DNA of 59,959 nucleotides, the filler included, from Basidiobolus ranarum (taxonomy: Eukaryota), in assembly GCA_040143965.1 (NCBI GenBank). It is 5 parts of 5 records of this genome, joined end to end, with 100 filler letters (N's around TTAATTAATTAA, not from the genome) between each part and the next. Parts side by side here need not be neighbours in the genome. Positions count along the whole stretch, not along the records: positions 24,073 to 35,984 come from JASJQH010007454.1; positions 36,085 to 47,975 come from JASJQH010007455.1; 3 more parts are not named here. The stretch is one strand, 5' to 3'. The notes below the pieces were generated by a model, which worked only from the letters and a program-made list of their open reading frames with translations, was not told the DNA's origin and did not search any database. The translations under genes were made by a program, and so were the position numbers. How positions within the stretch are numbered: the stretch's first letter is position 1; each line of letters opens with the position of its first letter. Of this stretch, positions 27,787 through 37,923 are shown in pieces.

Positions 27787-30086
27787 ATCTGATAAACGGA
27801 TGCATTTTCTCATTCTCATTATGCCAATGTCGCTGTTTCTGGTTGCGCATAGAAAGATCCGGACAGTCACACCAGCTAATCCCACGTTCACGCTTGCTAC
27901 CGGGTATACCTGGTTTATTTATGTACATTGATTGTGCTTTCAGAATTGTATTCCACCGCATGAGCTATGGAACTAACACAAAATCAGATAAATCTCCGCT
28001 TGATCTATTGGCTACTCACCTAGGAGCTGGATCAATTTCTTAGAACGTTTTTCCGAATCGAAAAGCATCCATCTAATGTTGAATACTACCAACGCCTTGA
28101 AGTCATATATCGAATAAATGCAAGCTTTACCTCATTTAGATGGGCCAGAAGCAGATACATTTGTGCTTCTGGATAGGAATATTCGATGCATACGGCCATG
28201 TCTGATATTGGATCCATGGTTACACATAACTAAGTAAACCATTCTACCCAATGCGGAAGCGTTAAGGCAATGCTGACCAACAAGCAGATTCAAACATTGG
28301 CGCTGTCTACCAGTATTAACCATAAAAAGTCGCCCTCGTAAATAGACCCGTACCTTCTTACATAGTCATCTAGTGATTGAGATGGCATCTAACGATTAGC
28401 ATTCTGACTAAAGAGTTTTTTGAAGTTAGTCCATGGTGGGTCGTATCTCCAAAAAATCTCAAAAGTGCCAGTTATCTCCATTAGGGAGGAGCATCCTGGT
28501 TCGCTGATCGGAATACTCTAATCCGTTGAGAGCGTAGGGTGCACTTAGAGGCCATCATGATTAGTCACGCGATCCTACACCGTCACATTTAGCAGTAGGG
28601 CACCGTCATCGCTCCATGGCAAATGAATTCTTAAACTGACATCATTATACAATAAACACACATCCATCATTTAGTCAATAATGCTTATACTCGCGAAATC
28701 AAGCTTCTCAGTTGTGCTCTATCCATCGGCAGAGTTGGAGTTACAGTAATGATGCTGAGAGCCGGTATCAGATGAAATGGGCCTATTGCCGAGACATAGA
28801 TGGGCCCTAGCCGATTTCTTCTATTAGGCGGGGATTTCACTTGTTCTTCCAGCAATCCTGGAGCACCTTCTATAAGAGATTGAACCTGACAAGAACATGA
28901 TGCGAGCTAAATGAGATCTTCAATCAATCAATTGCATGGTAGTGGTTTGTTGCTTTAGTCCAATCCTACTGTGCAACACGATGCATTGCATGTTCCTCCA
29001 TCCCAGCAACATTCGACCATGGAGGTCTTCAACTAGAAAATTTACTCATCTGAGCATTTAACGTAGTGCTTCCTAAAGTGGTGTTAGTTTCAAATCACCA
29101 TTTCCATAATTTGTAACATTTGGCACATGAAGTTTCGGTAGGACGCTGCTAAAGATATATCCAATAGTGGATATGCATATATACACACTGTCCGTGTAAC
29201 TCTAATGAACCTAGATTACACTGTTAGGCAGTGTTGTAGCTACTATTCACCACTTGGATTGAATTTCTCGATCGTGTGGGGTTGGGCTCTTCTTCGTAGA
29301 CACCAACGAGGAAACCCACCCAATTTTATGTTCACTGTAGGAAATGGATTTAAGCTTATCAAAATCAGTAATCATTTACCCACAATCCAGTGATCCTATT
29401 GGACGCCCCAAACATCTGATAATTTAAGAAACTCGTAGAAGAGAAACCAATCTGATAATCATACATTACCCCATTTATCTTACAGTGGATTGTTGTATCG
29501 TGCTCTGTTGGGGAGAGGCTGAGGATTTCGGGGAGACATGTCACGCAAGATAATGCTTGGTCGAACAGGCTATAGCACTCGTATTTACTGGACTAAACAC
29601 AAACAAGTGCATCTGGTGATTAGTTAAGATTAAAAGAAATTTACCCTAAAATGGACCCTGTAGAGTGTAGTAATGAGGCTCCACGATATTATGGCAAGTT
29701 ATTAAGGATGGTGAGAAATACAGCTGGTAGATAGTCGCAACATGCGTTCTAATACTTAGGATCGAATTTTCTCTGCCATGCCATCGGCTTCAATGGACTA
29801 TTCGCCATCTCTCATTTACCCATAATCGAAAGTATTGGCAAGATTGAATAGTACCCTGATGTAACAGTTGACATCCATTTTATCCATTCAAGTTCGCTTT
29901 TGGCACACTTCGGCAAACAGTTACTAATTAATACCGCTTGCCATATATGATTGATCTTGGTCTCATATTTCCAATGCGTATACTCGGAACTTGAAGGCCT
30001 CATTTGGAATGTTAAATTCCGAGGAGATCCACAGAGCTTACACAACCCAACTGATTCCATCATGACAAAGTGGGATCATCTGATAA
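27787..30086 (+). promoter_or_regulatory. Cluster of five ATCWGATAA boxes, candidate sites for an iron-responsive GATA repressor
   Basis: ATCTGATAA at 27787, 29414, 29450 and 30078, and ATCAGATAA at 27983, all upstream of the transporter ATG at 30229. Confidence 0.6.
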
Positions 30087-30228
30087 GCTGGTGTCATAAT
30101 CAGATTCGTGGTGAACGAAAAAAATCTCTCTTACAATATATAAGTCATCCGAATCTCTCCATCATACCTCACACCTCATACTTCCATCTGATTTTGTCAA
30201 GGTACTTGAAGGGTTATTTTAGCATAGG

Positions 30229-32146
30229 ATGTCAGATCTACACAAGAACAATGAGAAAGCGATGAGTGATGGAACCGCCGAAGCAATTCACGCGGAAACG
30301 CCGGAAGAAATAATTCAAAACAAAGCCAACTTCAAAAACTTTTTTATTGGTTATGTTGGGTATGTGTTTCTGTAAGGTGTGCACTATTTCATTTATTTAT
30401 ATTTCTTTTTAGTTTATTGTTTGCCGACTTGATGACTGGATATATCATGTATTCCGATTTTCCTTTAATGCCAACCTACACGACAGAGTTCAAGGCTTTG
30501 CCCACCTTTGCCCTTTTGGGAACTTGTAATAGTCTTATTCAGGCTATTGCACCACCCTTGGTTGCAAACAGTGGTGAAATTTTCGGCTTTAAAAGAATAT
30601 ATTTCCTCTCTCTCTTCTTGTTCATCTTGGGATGTGTTCTTAACGGTCTGTCTACGAATTGGAATATGTTCGTTGCCGCTTCAAGTATCCGTACTTTGGG
30701 TACTCAAGGTCTTAACATATCTGGAGCCATTCTTATCGCCAGTAAGTAAATTGTTGTCGTATTTACTATTATATTGAAAATTCTCTAATTCTCAACCAGC
30801 TGGTCTACCACTCAGAAAGCGTGGTCTTTGGTCTTCATTTCAGAATATCTTCTAAATTGTCAACGCTTTGACGGCTCCTTTAATTGAATCCGCTTTAATC
30901 GAGAAAGGAAAATGGCGCATTGTGTACTATATATTCATTCCTATTGGTGTCCTTCTTGTCGCCCCTCTAATGTTGAAGATGAAGGTTCCTCAGACAGTCG
31001 CTCAAGACTGGAGAATCAAACTTAGCCAGATCGACTTTATTGGTTTTGCACTTGTTGTTGCTGCTACAATTCTAATTAGTTTACCTCCAATTTGGGGAGG
31101 AAGTAAGTATGCATGGAGTAGCGGACCTATCATCGCGTTCTTCGTTGTGGGCATACTCCTTTTCATCGTCTTTGGAGTGTACATTTTAAAGCTTGTTAAG
31201 CTCGAAAAACCCGTTATTCAGACGAGATTGTTTAGAAAATCTTCTATGAATTGGGCTATTGCTTCTACAATTTTGCAAAATGCTGGAGTTTTCGGTTGGA
31301 TGATGTACCTTACTTACTATGGAGGCCTCGTGATGAATATGAGCAAGAAGGAAATTGGATATATTCAAACACCATATGTTGTATGTTCCGCCTTCTCTGG
31401 GATTTTAGAAGGTCTTTTGTTGACCAAATTTGGTAACTATAAACCATTCCTGGTTTTCTCCCCATTGATTACCATCTCTGGCCTTGCCATCACTTTCGCT
31501 TTCAGTGAAACTACCAAGCCTTTGATGTTTGTTGCCACTGGTGTTGTTGGAATCGGTGTCGGCTCACAGTATTTGTCGTTAGTGTTATCCACTCAAGCTT
31601 GTCACACACATACCGGTAAGACTAATTACTACACAATATCTTTCGACTCCGTTACTAACATCTTACCTCTTTAGATACTGCACAAGCAGTCATGTTGTTA
31701 AGTTTTGTTGCCGGTCTGTTTGGTGCATTCTTCACTTCCATTACCGGTGCCGTTTTCAATACCGTACACGGTGCTAACTTGGAGAAATATTTCCCACCTG
31801 GTACCCCAGCCGCAATGTTGGCTCAAGCAAAATTCGCAGCAGAGCGAAGCTCAGTTCCTGACCCAGCCTTGCTCAAAATTTTAATTCAAGCTTGGACTGA
31901 TACAATGAAGACTTTGGGTATTTACTGTATTGGCTTGGTGGCAGCTGCCTACATATTATCATGGTTCATTAAGCCATATAAGCTCACCGAAAATATAGGT
32001 AACTTTAAATCTACACAATCTCTCCTCCGTGAGAACACACCTAACTATTTTTTATTTTCACAGGTGATGCTCCCGAAAGAATTCCCATCAAAGGAGTCCG
32101 TGGTTTCTTAGGTATGAAGGAAAAGGATTCCCAAGACAAGTTTTAA
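30229..32146 (+). CDS. MFS transporter, ARN/SIT siderophore-iron transporter-like (DHA2-related), with in-frame TAA at 30853-30855
   Basis: Five exons. LLGTCNSLIQAIAPPLVANSGEIFG, ILIATGLPLRKRGLWSSFQNIF*IVNALTAPLI, GKWR, KLSQIDFIG, WGGSKYAWSSGPIIAF and KFGNYKPF resemble the SIT/ARN blocks LRNRAL...PYIIT..AGP and W.S..II. Confidence 0.7.
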
Positions 32147-32824
32147 AGCAAACTCTTCAGAAAAAGGGAAACGATTGATTTCGGCATTTGTGTGTCCCAT
32201 TGACAATAATACTATCCTCATCATAATCAAGGTGTCTATGGGATCACGTTATTAACGATCCCTTTAACTGCTAACTATAAGTTAAGGCAATAAAATTATC
32301 TCGCATCATTAATATTAATAAACTGTAATTTTCAAAACTGACTTCTGGGCGTGAGTGTGGGTAAGTGTCACCAGATCCAACAATTATCGTATGGGGCATA
32401 GATTCACCAATATTCGAGTGGGGTGGTGATGTAATTAAATGTTATTATAGGTTGTACTGTCCATTCTGGTTTGATTCTATTTGAGCAGCATGGATTTATT
32501 GTGTACATCAACTAAATGATCGAATGTTACGCCTCTAGCTATTGTGCATCATTCTTAAAATAATATTGAGAGAACACGGGTTTGGGATGCTTGACTTATT
32601 TACCTCTCAAGAGATGAAGTAACTCGAGGAAAATACTGACTTGTTTCTAGTTCGGGCAATGTCTAGTAAAAGTTGACTACATTCCTTTAGGTACATAAAC
32701 TCTTGAAGGAAGTCTCTAGATGTCAATAGTTTTGATTAATTCATCTTATGAGGTTGTGTACATATGTGAAGCGATAGTTGTTACAATTAGCTTAATATTC
32801 ATTGATCACACCCTGTCAAAGTCA

Positions 32825-33422
32825 TATGTTACTTTGATCTTTGCATCATTGTGGATGAAAATAGGTTGGGGCTAAAATTCAATTTTGATAATGCAGGATA
32901 CACCATCACCAATCAAAATGGGAATTATTTAGCTTTGGGAGATAAGGAGCAGTAATTATACAAACTTACATATAATCCCAGGAATTTATATGTAAGCATA
33001 AGCTATTCCAATCAAGAAACTGCTCAATTATGGCATAAGAGATTTAGCCATATTAGATTTGATAATTTTGCATAACAATCAAAGTTGCTTAATTTCTTGA
33101 ATTTCAAATGAACTTCAAAGGAAAAATGGAAATTTGTCAGTGTTTTAAACAACAAGCCAGGCTATCATTCAAGAGATCTGGTTTAATCAAATCTGTCAAA
33201 AAGTTGGATCTAATTCATTCAGATTTGTATACACCTAGGCAAAATTTATATTCAGGCAATCAAAATATGATTACATTCATTGATAATTATACAATAAACA
33301 CTTGGGGCAACTTTATTGAAAGGAAAAAAGAAGCTCTCTCTATCTATAGAGATTTTAAAACTCTTATGGGGACTAAAGCTGGAACTAAAATCAAAAAAAT
33401 TTGTACAGACAATGGTGAAGAA
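32825..33422 (+). mobile_element. Decayed Ty1/copia pol fragment (GAG-pre-integrase and integrase N-terminus)
   Basis: LWHKRFSH...ICQCFKQ...KKLDLIHSDL...ITFIDNY...KIKKICTDNGEE, interrupted at the TDNGGE motif by the LTR starting at 33423. Confidence 0.85.
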
Positions 33423-35045
33423 TGTTAAAGTATTTCAGAGCCTGTTGGAAGTCATTTGGAGCATTAGAGAAATTGGTGATTCTCACTTATTGAGTTATTG
33501 AGTTGAAATTTGACATTTATAGTTTTTCAAGATATAAACAAACTAATGTGTAGAATGTGCTTACAAAGGTTTGAGGAATGTGTGTGCAAGATCTTGGGCT
33601 TTTAGCACAAGTTTGAAAAATCTATATATCTGAGAACTTCTGAGTTGGTAAAGATATTCTAGGGAAATTCTGGACAAGAATAATGAGTAATACTGTAGTG
33701 ACATATAAGATAACTAAGTACTTAGCTATATATGACTATATAGTTGCTTTGGCAATACTATTTTTAATACTCTCCCTCAACTAAATAGTTATGTAAACCA
33801 ATCCCAAGGAAGGTCTAAATTTCTCAAATTTCTGTGTAGCTAATTATTTGGTTAATATATCAGCAATCATGTCTTGTGTAGAACAATAAGTTAAGTCAAT
33901 AAACTTGTTCTCTAGGGTCTCTCTAATGAAATGATGCCTAATATCTATATTTTTGTTTCTATCATGAAACCTTGGATTTCTAGTTAATTTGATACATCTT
34001 TGATTATTTTAAAATTTTGTACTTGATGAATTTTGAGAATAGCCTAAATCTGTTAAGAGTTTTCTTAACCATATTGCTTCTTTTGTTGCTTTACAGGCAA
34101 CCATTTATTCTGCTTCTGTTGTTGAAAGTGCTACACTAGGTTGTTACTTTGAATTCCAAGAGATAGCCCCATTAAAGCAAAGAAATAAGTATCCTGTCTT
34201 CAATCTCTCTTCCCTAATTTGCATCTGAATATTCCTTCACATTAAAGTTTGATCCTGAATATGTGTATTTTAAGCACATATAGACCACACCTTGCAAATA
34301 TCTGAAAATCCACTTAACTGCTATGAATAGATTAGATCCATAATCTTAAAGATATTAGCATATAACTCCCAGAGAACAGGCAATATTGGGCTATGTTCCA
34401 AACTTGATAGCCATCAAGCTACTAATCATATATTGATAAGAAAACTTCAGGCTTTCATTTGAGTTCAAGAGCATCTGATTTGTGCTGTATTTGCACAAGT
34501 TAAGATATGTCATGATTAAGACAGATAGTTCATTGCATACTCCCATTTTAAACTTCTTTAGCATCTGTAGGATATACTTAGACTGGTTTAAAGTTATTGA
34601 TTTGGTAGTTCTATCTATCTTAATTTGGATTCCAAGATAGTACAATTGCACAAGATCAGTCATTTAGAATTTAGCAGATAAGTTGTACTTGGTTCTCTCC
34701 AATGTCTCTAAGTCACTGGCTGCTATAACAAGGTCATCTAGATATAAGGCTAATAAAACTGGGCTTGTCTTATCTGACCTGAAGTAGATACTTTAGTCAG
34801 CATTATTCTTTTGCAATTAGAGTGGTCCCAAAAAAGCATCTATGTTACTATTCCAAGCACTTTTATATTTTTTAAGCCATAGAGTATTTTCTGGAGTCTG
34901 CAAAGTTTTTTAGAGTTTTCTGGGTCTAAATAATCTTCTGGCTAGTTCATATTGATCTCCTCAGCAAGCTCACTATTCAAAAAAGCAGCTTTAACAACCA
35001 TTTGATATATTACAAACTGAAATTTAGCTGAAATTGCTTAAATTG
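33423..35045 (-). mobile_element. Second decayed Ty1/copia element: RT and RNase H (about 33790-35045), PPT (33770-33780) and 3' LTR (33423-33769)
   Basis: The minus strand gives QMVVKAAFLNSEL, LQKILYGLK, ISLYLDDLVIA, MTDL...YLGIQI, SVALSTTEAE, NPRFHDRNKNIDIRHHFIRE and DMIADILTK, with stops and frameshifts. The purine tract TTGAGGGAGAG immediately precedes the LTR. Confidence 0.92.
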
Positions 35046-35057
35046 CTTAAATTGATT

Positions 35058-35984
35058 CCCTAACAAAAATAATATCGATTTGATCCGGATCGGATCCACC
35101 CTCCAAAATAGCAAAACTGTCAGAGAACCATCACAATATTGATAGCTTGCATTCTGCCAGGGATTTTGATGGTATGACGGTGGTTTCTTGATGGTATCTT
35201 AATGGTATTCATACATGTTAAAATATTAATCCTCAAATTTGGCATGAGTTATTCAATAACCAACAATTTTTGCAAAAATATAATATTCAAATGGCAAATT
35301 ACTGGGTTTACTGCTGTAGGAATTTGAATTAATATGCATGCCTTTATTTAGATAGTTTAGGCTTGGTATTCCAGCCATAATGAGAATCAAAAAATACAAC
35401 AATCTTGATGTGTTTAATCTCTACATACACACATATTTGACTGATTAGACATAACTCAACAACATCAATATGCTTTACCAGCAAACTAATGGTGGAAAAA
35501 TTGCTAAACATCTGAAATTTTGAATAGCACTGACACTTGGCAAATAGCTGACTCTTGTTACCATTCACAATGAGAATAAGCTCTTGAATTTTGGCAAATT
35601 TCCGTAAAGAATTCAGCCAATATATCCCCAACTTGCAGTCAACAAATGTCCTGCCACAAGTAGATGTGTCATTCCTTGAATAGATTATCCCATGGCTAAA
35701 ACAATATTACTGTGTATCTCCATCTATCTCACCAAGAAGTCTGTCTTGCAGCTTTCCTAAAAATACCATCAGATTATCACACAAGCAAATTAGTCCAATT
35801 ATAAAGGTACTTACTCTGTGTCCATGGATTGGGCTTTGTTGCTGTAATTGTGCTCAAACAATGCAAAAACCCATGAGCACATTGAAAAGAGCCCTTTATT
35901 GGCAGATTAATACACTGTGGAGACTCCTTAACCCATGGCATTACATCCATCACTGTATTTGCTGATACATTGTGTTGGATAATT
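35058..35984 (-). mobile_element. Probable DNA-transposon end that truncates the copia RT, with degenerate transposase-like relics (KDZ-like; family uncertain)
   Basis: Terminus CCCTAACAAAAAT, subterminal ACCATCA/TGATGGTA repeats (35126-35210) and a CpG-poor interior. Frameshifted minus-strand blocks: GLF/CAHG, DI.DCKL and CQCYS. Confidence 0.45.
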
Positions 35985-36084
35985 NNNNNNNNNNNNNNNN
36001 NNNNNNNNNNNNNNNNNNNNNNNNNNNNTTAATTAATTAANNNNNNNNNNNNNNNNNNNNNNNNNNNNNNNNNNNNNNNNNNNN
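35985..36084. other. Artificial contig linker
   Basis: N44-TTAATTAATTAA-N44. Confidence 0.99.
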
Positions 36085-36810
36085 CATATTCTACATGTTA
36101 GTTTGTTTACATCTTGACAAAACTATAAATGTCAACTTTCTACTCAATAAATCAATAAGTGAAAACCACCAATTCCTCTAATTCTCCAAACCACTACCAA
36201 CAGGCTCCCAAATACTTTAACATTAAAAGCCTATGTATCTGAGAACTTCTAAGTTGGTGTCAATATTCTAAGTAATTTCTGATTGAGAATAATTGGTAAT
36301 ATCTTAGTAAGATATAAGATAACTAAGTACTAAGCTATATATTACTATATATGTGTTTAGGCAAAGCAAATTTCAACATATTTTGTCACGATATTACCCA
36401 TTACTCTCTATTGGAATTAACTTTGAATATATTTACCAACTTAGAAGTGCTTAGATATATATACTTTTCAAACTTGGGCTAGAAGCCCCAAACCCTTCAC
36501 ACATGTTACTGGAACCCTTCTTAACACATTCTATTTGTTGGTTTGCTTATACCTTGACAAAACTATAAATGTCAACTTTCAACTCAATAAATCAATAAGT
36601 GAAAACCACAATTTTCTCTAATTCTCCAAACCACTTCCATCAAGCTCTCAGAATACTTTAACACTAGAAGCCTCAAATGTGGCATATATGTTCCTGGGAC
36701 CTTCATAGTGCATTGTTTACCCTTTGACAAAATTCTGATTGTCAACTTCGAACCATCAATTCTTCTAGTTCTATAAACCACATGCAACAAACTCCCAGAA
36801 TACTTCAACA
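36085..36810. mobile_element. Stack of four LTR fragments of the same copia family: 36085-36222 (+), 36231-36378 (-), 36379-36663 (+), 36664-36810 (+, diverged)
   Basis: Each aligns to 7579-7926 or its reverse complement. Three end in atactttaaca or atacttcaaca, the LTR 3' end. Confidence 0.85.
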
Positions 36811-37923
36811 GAATCAGCAAAGTATGAGTTTTATCTTATTCCTACAGATATCCTGAGCACAACACTTTCATCTATTTTTGGTATGTTCTTCACAAGTATA
36901 CATAATCTCATTCAGGTAGATTGGCAAACAACTCTCAAACCCACAATAACTTCAGTTCTTAAACTTCCTTCCATAAACTTCAAATGACAACAGAAATAAG
37001 CAGGTATATGATATGTCTCCCAATTCATTCATGGTATTCAAACAATCGATTCAACAGTAAAAAGGAAAGACAAGGCTGAAATCTACTTTGCGGCACTAAT
37101 GAATTTTTGTTATCAACCAAAGATCCCAGGTGACTGTCACTAAGGCTAGCACGCAACCAACAGTCTTTGCCAGTTGTTCTGATCTTCCTATCCGTGAACT
37201 TGTATATGTGAATACCGTTTACATTAGGGAGTTGACAAACCATTTGGGCTTTTTATTCACTTTCATTGTACAAGTTGATGTCTGTGCGGGCTGCTATTGA
37301 ACTCCGAATTTTAGACATTATCTCCGAAAAAGCTACTAGATTCAAAGAAATAATTGAGGAAACCAAACTCGGGGACCGCGGTGTTACCGTACTGATAGGT
37401 GTATTGAGTACATTTGCATAATCAATCATGAACTTACTGGCAATATCTAATTACTATTTGATCTTATAACATTATCTCTCACCTCAATTATCGCACATGA
37501 ATCAACCAGAACTCTCCAGAAACTTTCTTGTCACAAGTTCTCATGGATATCTTTATCTATACTGAGTGTTCATTATTCCTTCAAACAATTGAAAGAAATT
37601 TAACTTGCGCTGGCTTCGTTGATGTTGGATGCACTCCCACCTATGTAATGTTCAGCTTGGTTCACGCTTATGTTCCTGAACAATAAACAATTCTACTTCC
37701 TCTGTTTGATATTAATTCTACGTATACAAACTATCCGCTTTGTTTAATCTCACGAACCCAAAATCGTATATCCTATCTTCTCAGTTTCCCTTCTGGTGAG
37801 ACAGGACAATAAATGAAAATAGAAGCATACTTTTAGTGACTTTTATTTCACAACAGTTGGTTTTATATAACCATATACTAATCAATTATCTTTACACAAA
37901 ATTGGTGTAGAATAACTAATAAC

